Below are positions 55,637 to 64,000 of a stretch of DNA of 64,000 nucleotides, piece after piece (the first letter of the stretch is position 1; each line of letters begins with the position of its first letter). Position numbers and translations under genes: made by a program. Origin of the DNA: an uncultured Candidatus Saccharibacteria bacterium (GTDB lineage Bacteria > Patescibacteriota > SOKK01); NCBI GenBank assembly GCA_964518965.1, contig CAZFJP010000015.1:13314-77313 (forward strand), in the 5' to 3' direction. A model generated the notes under the pieces. It was not told where the DNA came from, searched no databases, and saw nothing but the letters and a program-made list of their open reading frames with translations.

Positions 55637-58099
55637 ATGAAAGCAGGGCCAGAAGGGACTAAGATGATAAAGAAGGGATACATTTTAAAAGTAGGATTAT
55701 TTTTGGTCCTGCTTTTTTGTTGTCTTTTTCTTTTTACCGCCAGTGTTGAGGCGAAAAATTTAAATGTTCCTTTGTTTAATCAATTGGATAGCCGCTGGGC
55801 GAGTGTCAAACTTGGCTTCAGTAATTTGACTATTGGTGGATATGGTTGCGCGCTTACTTCCAAGGCAATGGTTTTTAATTACTATCTGCCGAATTTTACT
55901 GATCCTAAGCGGTTAAATAGCTATTTGAAAAATCACAACGGCTATGTTTCCAGCGGTTTGATCAAGTGGAATAATTGCGGTACACCAAGTGGAGTAAGTT
56001 ACGGCGGAAGTGTTCCAATCAGTCGTTCAGTGATTAGCCAGAAGCTCAATCAAGGTTCTCCTTTAGTCGGACAGGTTTATAAAGTACGGATGCCGATGCA
56101 TTTTGTTGTTTTGACTGGCGAGAGTGACGATAATTTTCTCATTAATGATCCCTGGCAAGGGATAAAGACAAGTTTAGAAAAAAGAAATTATCATTTGGTA
56201 CGCGCACATCTTTATCAGAAGAAGGGAAAAACCTATGTTTATAATCCGCCAGTGAAAAAATCTTCCTCTTTACGAATTACCAAAGGTCTTTGGCTGAAAA
56301 GTTACACTAAAGCGTATGTGGGTGAACCATTTGATGCGCAATTCACGGTCAAAAATTTTAGTGGCAAGAAAGTTTGTCTTAAAAATCTTACTATTTTTGT
56401 CCGCGGACCCAAGGGGCAAAATTTTGATTTCAGAGGTAGTGGCAAAATTGCTCTTAGGCCCAAGCAAAGTTATTTTTTGTTTCGTAAAACAAGTCATCTT
56501 GGTCGCCGTGGGATAGTTGGTACTTATACTTTCAGTTGTAGTTACCAAGATCTGGACGGTTGCTGGCGTTTGCTCACTGCCCAGAGAGGTACTACTAATA
56601 AGCGAAAATTGAGAGTGGTTGATCGTATGCGACCTCAATTGCCTCCCTCGACACAGAAACTTTTCCAAATTGAAGAAGATTTTGATAATGAGAACCAAAT
56701 TGATGATAAAGATAAAGTGCGAATTGAAGATAGTAAAGTAATGTTAGATTCTTGGCAAAAAGTTTTTTCAATTCAGACAAAGAAGGATTTTGAAATGGGA
56801 AGTTTTGATGGAGTCTATTTTGATGAACAAAAACAAGGCTTAAGAATTAAAAATCCGCAGATTAAAATTTTACAAATCTATCCTCCCAATCACAATAAGG
56901 ATTTACTTGCTCAAATTATTCGTCAATATGCTCCTGATCCCAAAATTTTTTCAGTCAGTTCGGTTTCGATTCGCAACTTTAACCAAAAGAAATTTGATAA
57001 TGGAAGAGTTCTAGATCTTAACCACTTTAATCTTCTCTATTTTGGTGTGGCTGACGTTTACGGCAGTAATCCCCCGCGCTGGACAAACGATCTTAATGCA
57101 ACTGGTGAAAGTTTAGTACGCCAGTTTCATACTCAAGGCAAAGGAATCGTTTTTACACATGATACTTTAGGGGCAGGCAGTCCTTGCTGGCTGAAGCATA
57201 ATTACTTTAATCGATTAAGGGATATTACTGGCATTACTACGGATGTAACTTTGGGTAAATGGAAAGAGTTTCGCACGGTTAATCGTAATTCTGCTATTAA
57301 TCCGAATCATCCGATGTTAAATTATCCCTTTGCGATTCCTGCCCAATTTCCGGTAATTCATACGCATCGTCTTTATCAAAAAGTAATTGCGGGGGAGGTT
57401 TTTGCCTATGGTCAAACACCCACTGATTTGTATTGGCAGGCATTTAAAAACTCTACTTTTTTCTCCTACGGCAATGTAGAACAAATGCCTTTAGAATGGG
57501 AGGGAGAAGCATTGATTAATACTCTCTTCAACACTTATCAGGGAGGGAGTTATTTCTCGCCGATTTTTGATAGTCAGTCTAGTCAGGGAAAAATTTTCAC
57601 AAATTTTGTGACGGAGGATCAAAATCCATTAACTGATCTAGAAATTAATCTTCGTTTTGGGAATCATTCCTTGGTAGATAATGGTTGGAGTGATTGGATG
57701 AAAGTGACTCATGGCCAAAAGATTATAAAACAGGGCCGTTTTTTTCAATATCAAGTTAAAATGAGAAGCGCTAATCTTGCTCTTTCTCCAATTGTTAAGG
57801 AGGTAAAAATAACTTGTGATCCCCTTTTTTATCCTCAAGGTTCAGTTGTTTCTATCCCCTTTCATCCTAAGGGGATAACGAGCTGGTCTCATTTTGATTA
57901 CAATTGCAAGGGTGAGAGTGTTCGTTTTGATCTTTTAGAAGGGAATACTAATAATGTTTTAATTGCGGATTTAAAAAGAAATCAGGATCTTTCTAAGATT
58001 AGTTTTGGTGTTCCGTTGAAAGTTAGAATTTCTTTCATAACTGATGATTTCTTGCAAAGTCCGGAAGTAGATTGGTGGAAGATTTTTTATTACCAGTAA
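55637..58099 (+). CDS. large secreted protein with N-terminal Peptidase_C39-like papain-fold domain
   Basis: 820 aa. Signal/TM, then NVPLFNQLDSRWASVKLGFSNLTIGGYGCALTS...MHFVVLTG...NDPWQG (Q/C/H/D order of C39-like peptidases). Large beta-rich C-terminal region of unknown function. Confidence 0.5.
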   Translation: MKAGPEGTKMIKKGYILKVGLFLVLLFCCLFLFTASVEAKNLNVPLFNQLDSRWASVKLGFSNLTIGGYGCALTSKAMVFNYYLPNFTDPKRLNSYLKNHNGYVSSGLIKWNNCGTPSGVSYGGSVPISRSVISQKLNQGSPLVGQVYKVRMPMHFVVLTGESDDNFLINDPWQGIKTSLEKRNYHLVRAHLYQKKGKTYVYNPPVKKSSSLRITKGLWLKSYTKAYVGEPFDAQFTVKNFSGKKVCLKNLTIFVRGPKGQNFDFRGSGKIALRPKQSYFLFRKTSHLGRRGIVGTYTFSCSYQDLDGCWRLLTAQRGTTNKRKLRVVDRMRPQLPPSTQKLFQIEEDFDNENQIDDKDKVRIEDSKVMLDSWQKVFSIQTKKDFEMGSFDGVYFDEQKQGLRIKNPQIKILQIYPPNHNKDLLAQIIRQYAPDPKIFSVSSVSIRNFNQKKFDNGRVLDLNHFNLLYFGVADVYGSNPPRWTNDLNATGESLVRQFHTQGKGIVFTHDTLGAGSPCWLKHNYFNRLRDITGITTDVTLGKWKEFRTVNRNSAINPNHPMLNYPFAIPAQFPVIHTHRLYQKVIAGEVFAYGQTPTDLYWQAFKNSTFFSYGNVEQMPLEWEGEALINTLFNTYQGGSYFSPIFDSQSSQGKIFTNFVTEDQNPLTDLEINLRFGNHSLVDNGWSDWMKVTHGQKIIKQGRFFQYQVKMRSANLALSPIVKEVKITCDPLFYPQGSVVSIPFHPKGITSWSHFDYNCKGESVRFDLLEGNTNNVLIADLKRNQDLSKISFGVPLKVRISFITDDFLQSPEVDWWKIFYYQ

Positions 58100-58129
58100 T
58101 GATCTTGCACTTAAGTTTATTGACGGGAA

Positions 58130-58158
58130 GCTGTTTTTATGCTATAATTAAATAACAC
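58130..58158 (+). promoter_or_regulatory. sigma70-like promoter for 58203 gene
   Basis: TTGACG, 17 nt, TATAAT. Confidence 0.5.
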
Positions 58159-58202
58159 TTTAGAAATCAAGGGGAAAATAAAGAGTAATTCTAAAACAAA
58201 AA

Positions 58203-59609
58203 ATGCAAGAGGAAATTGGTGGAGAAAAACCCAACACCTATCGCATTCATCCTGACCGATTGGATTTTAGCAGTGCAGAAAAATTTTCTTCTAAACCAGA
58301 GCAGATAATCAGCAAGACTTCTTCTTCCGAGGAAGCAAATGAGCCAGAAGAGGAGAATCTTGAATGTGAGCGTTTTGAGATGGGAGTTGGAAAAAGAGTG
58401 GAAGAAGCAAGGGATTCTTTAGAAAGGGAAGAAGTTGAATCCGAAGAAACCAAAGGAGCTTATCAGGAGTTCTTGGAGGTTAAGGAGCAAGCGGAAAATC
58501 AGTATCGCTTAATGGGGTATTGGGGCTCCTTGAGAAGAGTTTTGAGGAACGATCGAGAAGGACTTGAGAAAGCAATTAATGAAGCGGAAAAAACTAGCCC
58601 TGCTTATTATCAGAAGGTTAAAAATGATCTTGTTGGTTATCTAGAAAGAATCCAGGAAGAATATTCTGTAGCGCGCACGCGCGAAAGAGAAGCACGGGAA
58701 AAACTTTGGGCGAAAGACGGGTTGGTTGATCAAGCAGTTGAAAAATATTCTCATTACCTTGAATCAAAAGGTGAAAAACCTGATCTCTCGCAAATTAGAC
58801 AAGATCTTTATGAGCAGTTCTTTGAAGTGGCCTTGGAAGAAGGAATGTCAGGAGTGAGAGTAAAAATTATGCCAGAAGAGAAAGAAACTTCTGATGATAG
58901 TAACAAGCAAGAGCCACTGATGCTAGAGGAGAAGGTTGAGCAAGAGCAGAAGAAGAGAGAATTAATTTCTTGGCTTAGCAAACAGCGCTGGCTTAAACGT
59001 TTGGTTTTGGGCATTGGAGTAGCAATAGGCGCGCTTGGTGTCGGGAAATTACTTCAGTCTCGCAGCACTGAAATTCAGGAAGAAGCGAAAACTGTTATGC
59101 TTTCAACTCAAGATTTAGTAAGAGATTTAGAAAACTTTATTCGTGAAAATTTGCTGGGACAAAAGCAAGCAGTTTCAGAGAAAATTATACAAGAAGGGAC
59201 TCAACATACGGCTGAGGGAAGAGTGGAAAAGAAAGCGGAAAAAGTTTCTACAGAAAAATCGGCAGAGAAGGAAAAAGAGCGAGTTTTAGATCGTCGTCCT
59301 GTTTTCTTACGTGATAAAGAAATGATTAAGAAAGAGGATAAGTTTGTTGATGAGTTTTTGAAAAAGGATTTCAAGAACCGCGATCGCTTTAAATATCTAA
59401 CTGCCCGGGAACTTAAAGAAATTAGAGATGGAGGACCATTGCCATCCCATCGTTTGTATAAGTACTTTGAGGATGATTACCAAAAGGAGTACGAGGCACT
59501 ACGTCGTTTTGCCAAAGAGCTTAGTCCCCAACTGGAGGAATCAGAACGTTTGGGGAAATTAGATCGAGATAAAGTGTACTATTTAATTGATCTTCATCTT
59601 CATTCCTAA
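58203..59609 (+). CDS. charged coiled-coil-rich hypothetical protein with one central TM helix
   Basis: 468 aa. Glu/Lys-rich, TM LVLGIGVAIGALGVGKLL at about residue 270. Confidence 0.35.
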   Translation: MQEEIGGEKPNTYRIHPDRLDFSSAEKFSSKPEQIISKTSSSEEANEPEEENLECERFEMGVGKRVEEARDSLEREEVESEETKGAYQEFLEVKEQAENQYRLMGYWGSLRRVLRNDREGLEKAINEAEKTSPAYYQKVKNDLVGYLERIQEEYSVARTREREAREKLWAKDGLVDQAVEKYSHYLESKGEKPDLSQIRQDLYEQFFEVALEEGMSGVRVKIMPEEKETSDDSNKQEPLMLEEKVEQEQKKRELISWLSKQRWLKRLVLGIGVAIGALGVGKLLQSRSTEIQEEAKTVMLSTQDLVRDLENFIRENLLGQKQAVSEKIIQEGTQHTAEGRVEKKAEKVSTEKSAEKEKERVLDRRPVFLRDKEMIKKEDKFVDEFLKKDFKNRDRFKYLTARELKEIRDGGPLPSHRLYKYFEDDYQKEYEALRRFAKELSPQLEESERLGKLDRDKVYYLIDLHLHS

Positions 59610-59626
59610 ATTGAATTAAGAATTTT

Positions 59627-59947
59627 ATGTTGGAAGTTCAAAATAAAAACCAAACCAACTTATTCAAAGAATTAGGATTGACTAATTTATCAGATTCAAA
59701 AAAGAAACTGCTTTTGGGAAAATTTTTTCAGGCGGTGCACTTGAAGGTGGCTGAAAGAGTACTGGACTTTTTAACTGCCAAAGAACAAAAGCAGTTAGAG
59801 AATCTTTATCGAAGCAAAGCAGGTGAAGTTGAAGTTAAGAATTTTTTAAAAGCAAAGGTCCCTAATTTAGAGTTAATTACAAAAGCGGAAACTCATGCTT
59901 TAGTCGCGGCTTTGAAGCGGCAGGTAACTCGGTTTTACTTAAATTAG
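59627..59947 (+). CDS. hypothetical protein
   Basis: 106 aa, coupled to the upstream gene. No motif. Confidence 0.3.
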   Translation: MLEVQNKNQTNLFKELGLTNLSDSKKKLLLGKFFQAVHLKVAERVLDFLTAKEQKQLENLYRSKAGEVEVKNFLKAKVPNLELITKAETHALVAALKRQVTRFYLN

Positions 59948-59963
59948 TTTCACTTGGCGCTCA

Positions 59964-59990
59964 AACAGGGTTTCAAAGCCCTGTTTTTGT
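59964..59990 (+). terminator. rho-independent terminator
   Basis: aacaggg tttcaaag ccctgtt followed by tttgtttt. Confidence 0.6.
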
Positions 59991-60083
59991 TTTCTTGCTC
60001 TCTTGCGCTTTTTGCGCTAAAATGAGCTTAGTTAATCATTTAAAGCACCCCGTACCATTCGGCACGGGACACGGAGGGGAAAT

Positions 60084-61412
60084 ATGAAGGTTTACTTCAA
60101 AGTTTTTAGTGTCGCTTTGGTTTTACTTGTCTTTGTTGCAGCCCTGACAGGTTGTGGCTGCAAACAAACAAGTAAAAGTAAGATTGATACCAAAGAAAAA
60201 ATTAACCTTACTTACTGGCGACTTTTTGATGATCGGGAATCAGTTCAACCGATTATTGATGAGTATCAGAAATTACATAAGAACATCACTATTACTTATA
60301 AGAAGTTTGCTTATGACGGCTACGAACAGCAGGCAATTGATGAGTTGGCGGCAGGAAAAGGTCCGGACATTTGGATGATTAAGAATGATTGGGTACCACG
60401 GCATAAAGATAAATTAACGCCGATGCCGGAAGATATGATGAATGCTGAAACTTATCGTACTACTTTTATGGATGTTGCTAAGGACGATTTTGTTATTGAT
60501 AACCGTATTTATGGCATTCCTCTTTCGGTTGATTCGTTAGCACTTTTTTACAACAAAGATCTTTTTAATAAAGCGGGAATTAGTCAGCCACCGGCGACTT
60601 GGGATGATATGATTAAAGTTGTACCAAAGTTGACGAAACTTTCTGGTAATACTGTTAATCAGTCAGCAATTGCTCTTGGTACTGCGGATAATATTAGCTC
60701 GGCAGTTGATATTGTTTCTTGGTTAATGATGCAGAATGGCGCCGCGATGATTGATGAAGCAAAGGAACAAGCAATTTTCAATGCTCGCAGTAAAACTGAA
60801 AACAACCAAACCTATTATCCTGGCGTGAGCGCGGTGGAATTTTATTCTAGCTTTGCGACTCCTTCCAAACAAACTTATTCTTGGAATACGGGCATGCCAA
60901 ATAATATTGATGCTTTCCTGGATGGCAAAGTGGCAATGGTTTTAGCTCCTTCCCACCAAGTAAAATTACTACAGGTAAAAGCGCAATCCAAGACACCAAA
61001 GCTAAACTTTGATGTTGCTCCTGCGCCTCAAATTAAAGATGGCATTACGGTAAATGCTGCAAGCTACTGGGGGGAAGTGGTTTCTAAGAATTGTCAGCAC
61101 CCGGAGGTCGCTTGGGACTTTCTCAATTTCTTGACTGGTAAGGGAAATATGAAAAAGTATCACCAGTCAACCCAGAGACCGCCCAGTCGCAAAGATTTAG
61201 TGGAGGAGTTTTCAGGGGAACAATATTATGGCATTTTCACCGTGCAAGCATCTTCTGCAAGAAGTTTTTATAAGATTGATAATCGGGAGGTAGACAAAAT
61301 TTTCTTGGCAATGATTCGCAGTGTTAATAATGGTGAGAAGCCTAAAGATGCAGTGGATAGAGCAGCACAGGAAGTGACCAAGTTAATGAGCGGGCAGAAG
61401 GCGGGGGGGTAA
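60084..61412 (+). CDS. ABC transporter extracellular solute-binding lipoprotein (family 1, sugar-type)
   Basis: 442 aa. Lipobox LTGCGC, SBP-1 length and motif pattern (GPDIWMIKNDW, DSLALFYNKDLF). Confidence 0.75.
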   Translation: MKVYFKVFSVALVLLVFVAALTGCGCKQTSKSKIDTKEKINLTYWRLFDDRESVQPIIDEYQKLHKNITITYKKFAYDGYEQQAIDELAAGKGPDIWMIKNDWVPRHKDKLTPMPEDMMNAETYRTTFMDVAKDDFVIDNRIYGIPLSVDSLALFYNKDLFNKAGISQPPATWDDMIKVVPKLTKLSGNTVNQSAIALGTADNISSAVDIVSWLMMQNGAAMIDEAKEQAIFNARSKTENNQTYYPGVSAVEFYSSFATPSKQTYSWNTGMPNNIDAFLDGKVAMVLAPSHQVKLLQVKAQSKTPKLNFDVAPAPQIKDGITVNAASYWGEVVSKNCQHPEVAWDFLNFLTGKGNMKKYHQSTQRPPSRKDLVEEFSGEQYYGIFTVQASSARSFYKIDNREVDKIFLAMIRSVNNGEKPKDAVDRAAQEVTKLMSGQKAGG

Positions 61413-61708
61413 TGAATGATCATAGGGAATTACATACAACGATGATCTTCTGTAAGAAGGGGCGCGTCTATGGCACGTCCCTACTTTTAAATATAAATCT
61501 CCACCATGCCATGTCACGTACAGCATGGCACTCTTGTCTTTAATAAGAGGTAAAAACGCTTTACAAGGCCTTATTTTTGTGTTATAATTAAGTAACCGGG
61601 TACTACGATAGGGCACCCCGGCGTCACTGCGAACCATAATTGCTCGTAGTGTTGCGTAATATTTATAATATCCCGCCAATTTATTTTTAATATCGGACGA
61701 AGGGAGTT

Positions 61709-62206
61709 TTGAACTTCTCCTTTGAGTATATGCGTAGAGTGAAAAAGAGAAACAAACATAAAACATCTGTCAGAGACAAGTCCACCTTTTGGGCCTTAGA
61801 CTCATCAATCTCTGGCCGAGGTGGGAAAAATGGTCTTGGCTTTTATTTAGCATTAACCTGTTTGGTTTTGGGAATCCTGCTTTCATTAACAGTAGGATTT
61901 TTTGTTGTCTTTAATTATGTTGCTTCTAGCAGTGCAGCGGATTATGTTCCTGGTTCCGGCAATGTCCGCGGGGTTACTTTAACGCAATATATTATTAGTA
62001 TTTATAACTATGCTGCTAGTATTATCGGTTTACTAGCAGTAATTGTGATTATTATCGCTGGTTATCGTTATATGGGAGCAATGGGGAATCCGCAATATAT
62101 TGCGGAAGCGAAGGCGATGGCAATGGGGGCAATTGCGGGATTAGTTTTGGTGATTCTTTCTTATTTAATTTTATCCACGCTTAACCCCGCGACGGTTAAA
62201 TGGTAA
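61709..62206 (+). CDS. VirB2/TrbC-like small pilin paralog 1
   Basis: 165 aa (start uncertain; alternative ATG at 61730). The C-terminus IIGLLAVIVIIIAGYRYMGAMGNPQ...AKAMAMGAIAGLVLVILSYLIL is shared with paralogs 2-6. Confidence 0.5.
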   Translation: MNFSFEYMRRVKKRNKHKTSVRDKSTFWALDSSISGRGGKNGLGFYLALTCLVLGILLSLTVGFFVVFNYVASSSAADYVPGSGNVRGVTLTQYIISIYNYAASIIGLLAVIVIIIAGYRYMGAMGNPQYIAEAKAMAMGAIAGLVLVILSYLILSTLNPATVKW

Positions 62207-62213
62207 AATAACG

Positions 62214-62561
62214 ATGAAGAAACAGAAGTTATTTACGACAATTTTGGCGAGTGTGGTTCTCTTGGTTTTATCAGCACCGACAGTTTTTGCAGCTATTGGT
62301 TTTAATACTAATCCAGCGACGGTAAATATTTATGATTTTCGTAAACTTCTGGTAAATATTATTAACTGGCTACTTGGTTTTGCTGCGGTTGCAGCAACTG
62401 CAATTATCATTGTTGGCGGATACAATTGGCTTGCTTCTGGTGGTAATTCCGAAAGAATTGAGAATGGCAAGAAGATTATTACTGGTGGAATTATTGGTTT
62501 AGTGATGATTATTTTAGCAGCGGTGTTGGTGAATACGATTATTGCAGTTTTAGGGAAATAA
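62214..62561 (+). CDS. VirB2/TrbC-like small pilin paralog 2
   Basis: 115 aa. Signal peptide ...PTVFA, then two hydrophobic helices around IIIVGGYNWLASGGNSERIENGKKIITGGIIGLVMIILAAVLVN. Confidence 0.6.
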   Translation: MKKQKLFTTILASVVLLVLSAPTVFAAIGFNTNPATVNIYDFRKLLVNIINWLLGFAAVAATAIIIVGGYNWLASGGNSERIENGKKIITGGIIGLVMIILAAVLVNTIIAVLGK

Positions 62562-62575
62562 ACGAAAAACGAAAA

Positions 62576-62980
62576 ATGAAAAACGCAAAACAAATCTTAA
62601 AATTATTCTCGATACTGATTTTGGGAATTGTTTTTTCTTTTTCTTTGTTACCAGTTCTCCCAATAGGTCAGCAAGGATTAATTTTGGCCGCTGATAATTC
62701 TAGCACTAAACTTGGTTTTGGTTCTGGTAGTTTACCGAATCAGTCTAAGGTGAGCGACGTTCGCGGGTTGATTTCTATTATTATCAATGCAATGCTAAGC
62801 ACAGTAACCGCAGTCGCAGTAATTTTTATCATCATTGGTGGTTATCAATACATTGGTTCGGGTGCCAGTGAGGATATGAAAGCGAAAGCGAAAAAGACCT
62901 TAACTTGGGCAATTTCTGGCTTAATTGTCATTATTCTCGCGGCCGTGTTGGTGAATACTTTAATTGGGGTATTTAAATAA
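62576..62980 (+). CDS. VirB2/TrbC-like small pilin paralog 3
   Basis: 134 aa. Signal peptide, IFIIIGGYQYIGSGASEDMKAKAKKTLTWAISGLIVIILAAVLVN. Confidence 0.6.
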   Translation: MKNAKQILKLFSILILGIVFSFSLLPVLPIGQQGLILAADNSSTKLGFGSGSLPNQSKVSDVRGLISIIINAMLSTVTAVAVIFIIIGGYQYIGSGASEDMKAKAKKTLTWAISGLIVIILAAVLVNTLIGVFK

Positions 62981-62996
62981 AGGATATCGTAAGTAA

Positions 62997-63362
62997 ATGA
63001 GAAAAATCGCGAAAATTTTAATTTGCCTAGTTACTTTTACTACGATTTTTATCGCTGGTAATAGTTTGGCGGTTGATCCAGTTACCCAAGGCGATGTCGG
63101 AAGTAATATTCCTACTGCCTCTAATCCTTCTGCTCCCTTCTCTGACCAATTAGCAATGGTTTTGAATATTCTCTTAGCATTGGCATCTACTGTTGCAGTA
63201 TTATTTATTATTATCGGCGGTTATACTTACATTACTTCTGCCGGTAATCAAGATCGCCAAAAGAAAGCGAAGGAAGTGTTGATTGGAGCAATTGTTGGGC
63301 TGGTGATTATTATTCTTTCCTTCGGTGTCGTTAACTTTATTAATGAGTTTTTAGCAAGATAA
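62997..63362 (+). CDS. VirB2/TrbC-like small pilin paralog 4
   Basis: 121 aa. Signal peptide ...GNSLA, LFIIIGGYTYITSAGNQDRQKKAKEVLIGAIVGLVIIILSF. Confidence 0.6.
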   Translation: MRKIAKILICLVTFTTIFIAGNSLAVDPVTQGDVGSNIPTASNPSAPFSDQLAMVLNILLALASTVAVLFIIIGGYTYITSAGNQDRQKKAKEVLIGAIVGLVIIILSFGVVNFINEFLAR

Positions 63363-63721
63363 TGAGAAATTTTTTCTTAAAAGTTATTTTGGTTCTAGAA
63401 TTAATGTTGGGAATTTCCTCGCCTGCTTTTGCAGCATTAAAAACTCCCAGAGCAGTGGAAAGTGCTTTAAGTGTCTTGCCGAGTATGTTTGATCCGGAAG
63501 TAACAATTGCTGATATTGCCAACTGGCTTTTAGGACTTGCAGCTACTGTTGCAGTGCTTTTGATTATTATTTCTGGCATCCGCTATATCGTTTCCTCGGG
63601 AGAACAGGAGCAGATTCAAAATGCGAAAATCACTCTACGTTATGCGATCATTGGTTTGGTAGTTACGATTTTGGCAATTGTGGTGGTTAATATTGTGCGT
63701 AATATCCTCGGTGCTGATTAA
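63362..63721 (+). CDS. VirB2/TrbC-like small pilin paralog 5
   Basis: 119 aa. Start overlaps the previous stop. Signal peptide ...SSPAFA, LLIIISGIRYIVSSGEQEQIQNAKITLRYAIIGLVVTILAIVVVN. Confidence 0.6.
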   Translation: MRNFFLKVILVLELMLGISSPAFAALKTPRAVESALSVLPSMFDPEVTIADIANWLLGLAATVAVLLIIISGIRYIVSSGEQEQIQNAKITLRYAIIGLVVTILAIVVVNIVRNILGAD

Positions 63722-63736
63722 TCTTTAATCTTCTTC

Positions 63737-64000
63737 ATGAAAAAGAATTGGTTTTCTCAATTAGTACTTATTGGAGGTTTGTTCCTTTTGTGGGTAACGC
63801 CAGTTTTGGCAATTAAAGAACCTTCTTCCAGAATTGAAGATCTTCCTCGCCAAAGTACTCTTATTCCTACTATCGTTACAATAATTCTTTGGGCGATGGT
63901 TTATGCATTTGCTCTTGCAGTTTTGTTTATTGTTGTTGCTGGAATTATGTATATCACTGCAGCGGGTAATAGTGATCTAATGGAAAAAGCGAAGAAAGTT
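63737..64000 (+). CDS. VirB2/TrbC-like small pilin paralog 6 (3' truncated by window end)
   Basis: MKKNWFSQLVLIGGLFLLWVTPVLA signal peptide, LFIVVAGIMYITAAGNSDLMEKAKKV.. continues beyond the window. Confidence 0.55.
   Translation, partial: MKKNWFSQLVLIGGLFLLWVTPVLAIKEPSSRIEDLPRQSTLIPTIVTIILWAMVYAFALAVLFIVVAGIMYITAAGNSDLMEKAKKV

Noticed and set aside
61383-61766. 127-aa minus-strand ORF upstream of pilin array
   Set aside because: Overlaps the promoter/5' region of pilin paralog 1. Arg/Tyr-rich, no RBS. Likely spurious.
61709-64000. Possibility that the regularly spaced similar pilin segments are a CRISPR array
   Set aside because: Units are about 350-400 bp protein-coding paralogs with signal peptides, not 25-40 bp direct repeats with spacers. 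No CRISPR repeats found anywhere in the window.
1-64000. tRNA/rRNA genes
   Set aside because: No GGTTCGA(A/T)TCC T-loop-like segments or rRNA-like conserved blocks were seen in any intergenic region. None called.

Overview
This is a low-GC (about 35-40%), gene-dense bacterial window whose content suggests a Patescibacteria/CPR-type genome (inference). The evidence is a stand-alone frameshifted four-helix-bundle-protein remnant, a giant Ig-repeat surface protein, an array of VirB2-like small pilins, and very AT-rich intergenic regions.

The housekeeping backbone includes:
- ruvB/ruvA and ruvC
- valS and tsaD
- a FemAB-family transferase and a MurE-like Mur ligase
- uvrB, acyP, hsp20 and rnhA
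- the origin-proximal cluster dnaA-dnaN-recF-DUF721-murJ
- lepA, tilS and ftsH
- the jag-yidC-yidD-rnpA-rpmH operon
- a DnaQ-exonuclease/DinG-like protein, an MraY/WecA-like transferase and an ABC solute-binding protein

No rRNA, tRNA or CRISPR array was seen.

The most striking findings are:
1. A six-gene block wedged between ruvC and ruvAB. It encodes a PKD+7TM membrane protein, four consecutive ATP-grasp ligases (one fused to a retropepsin-like DTGA protease domain, one cyanophycin-synthetase-N-like) and an amidohydrolase. This is a candidate peptide/protein-modification or peptide-polymer system.
2. A family of about 130-150 bp AT-rich palindromic (MITE/REP-like) elements that exactly fill intra-operon intergenic gaps (four copies), plus two further short dispersed hairpin-repeat families.
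3. A tandem array of at least 6 paralogous VirB2/TrbC-like pilin genes at the window end.
4. A 1.3 kb ORF-free, hairpin-rich region and a separate about 175 nt GC-rich closed-stem element. Both are candidate structured ncRNAs; the RNase P RNA partner of rnpA has not been located.
5. Small GC-rich islands that look horizontally acquired.
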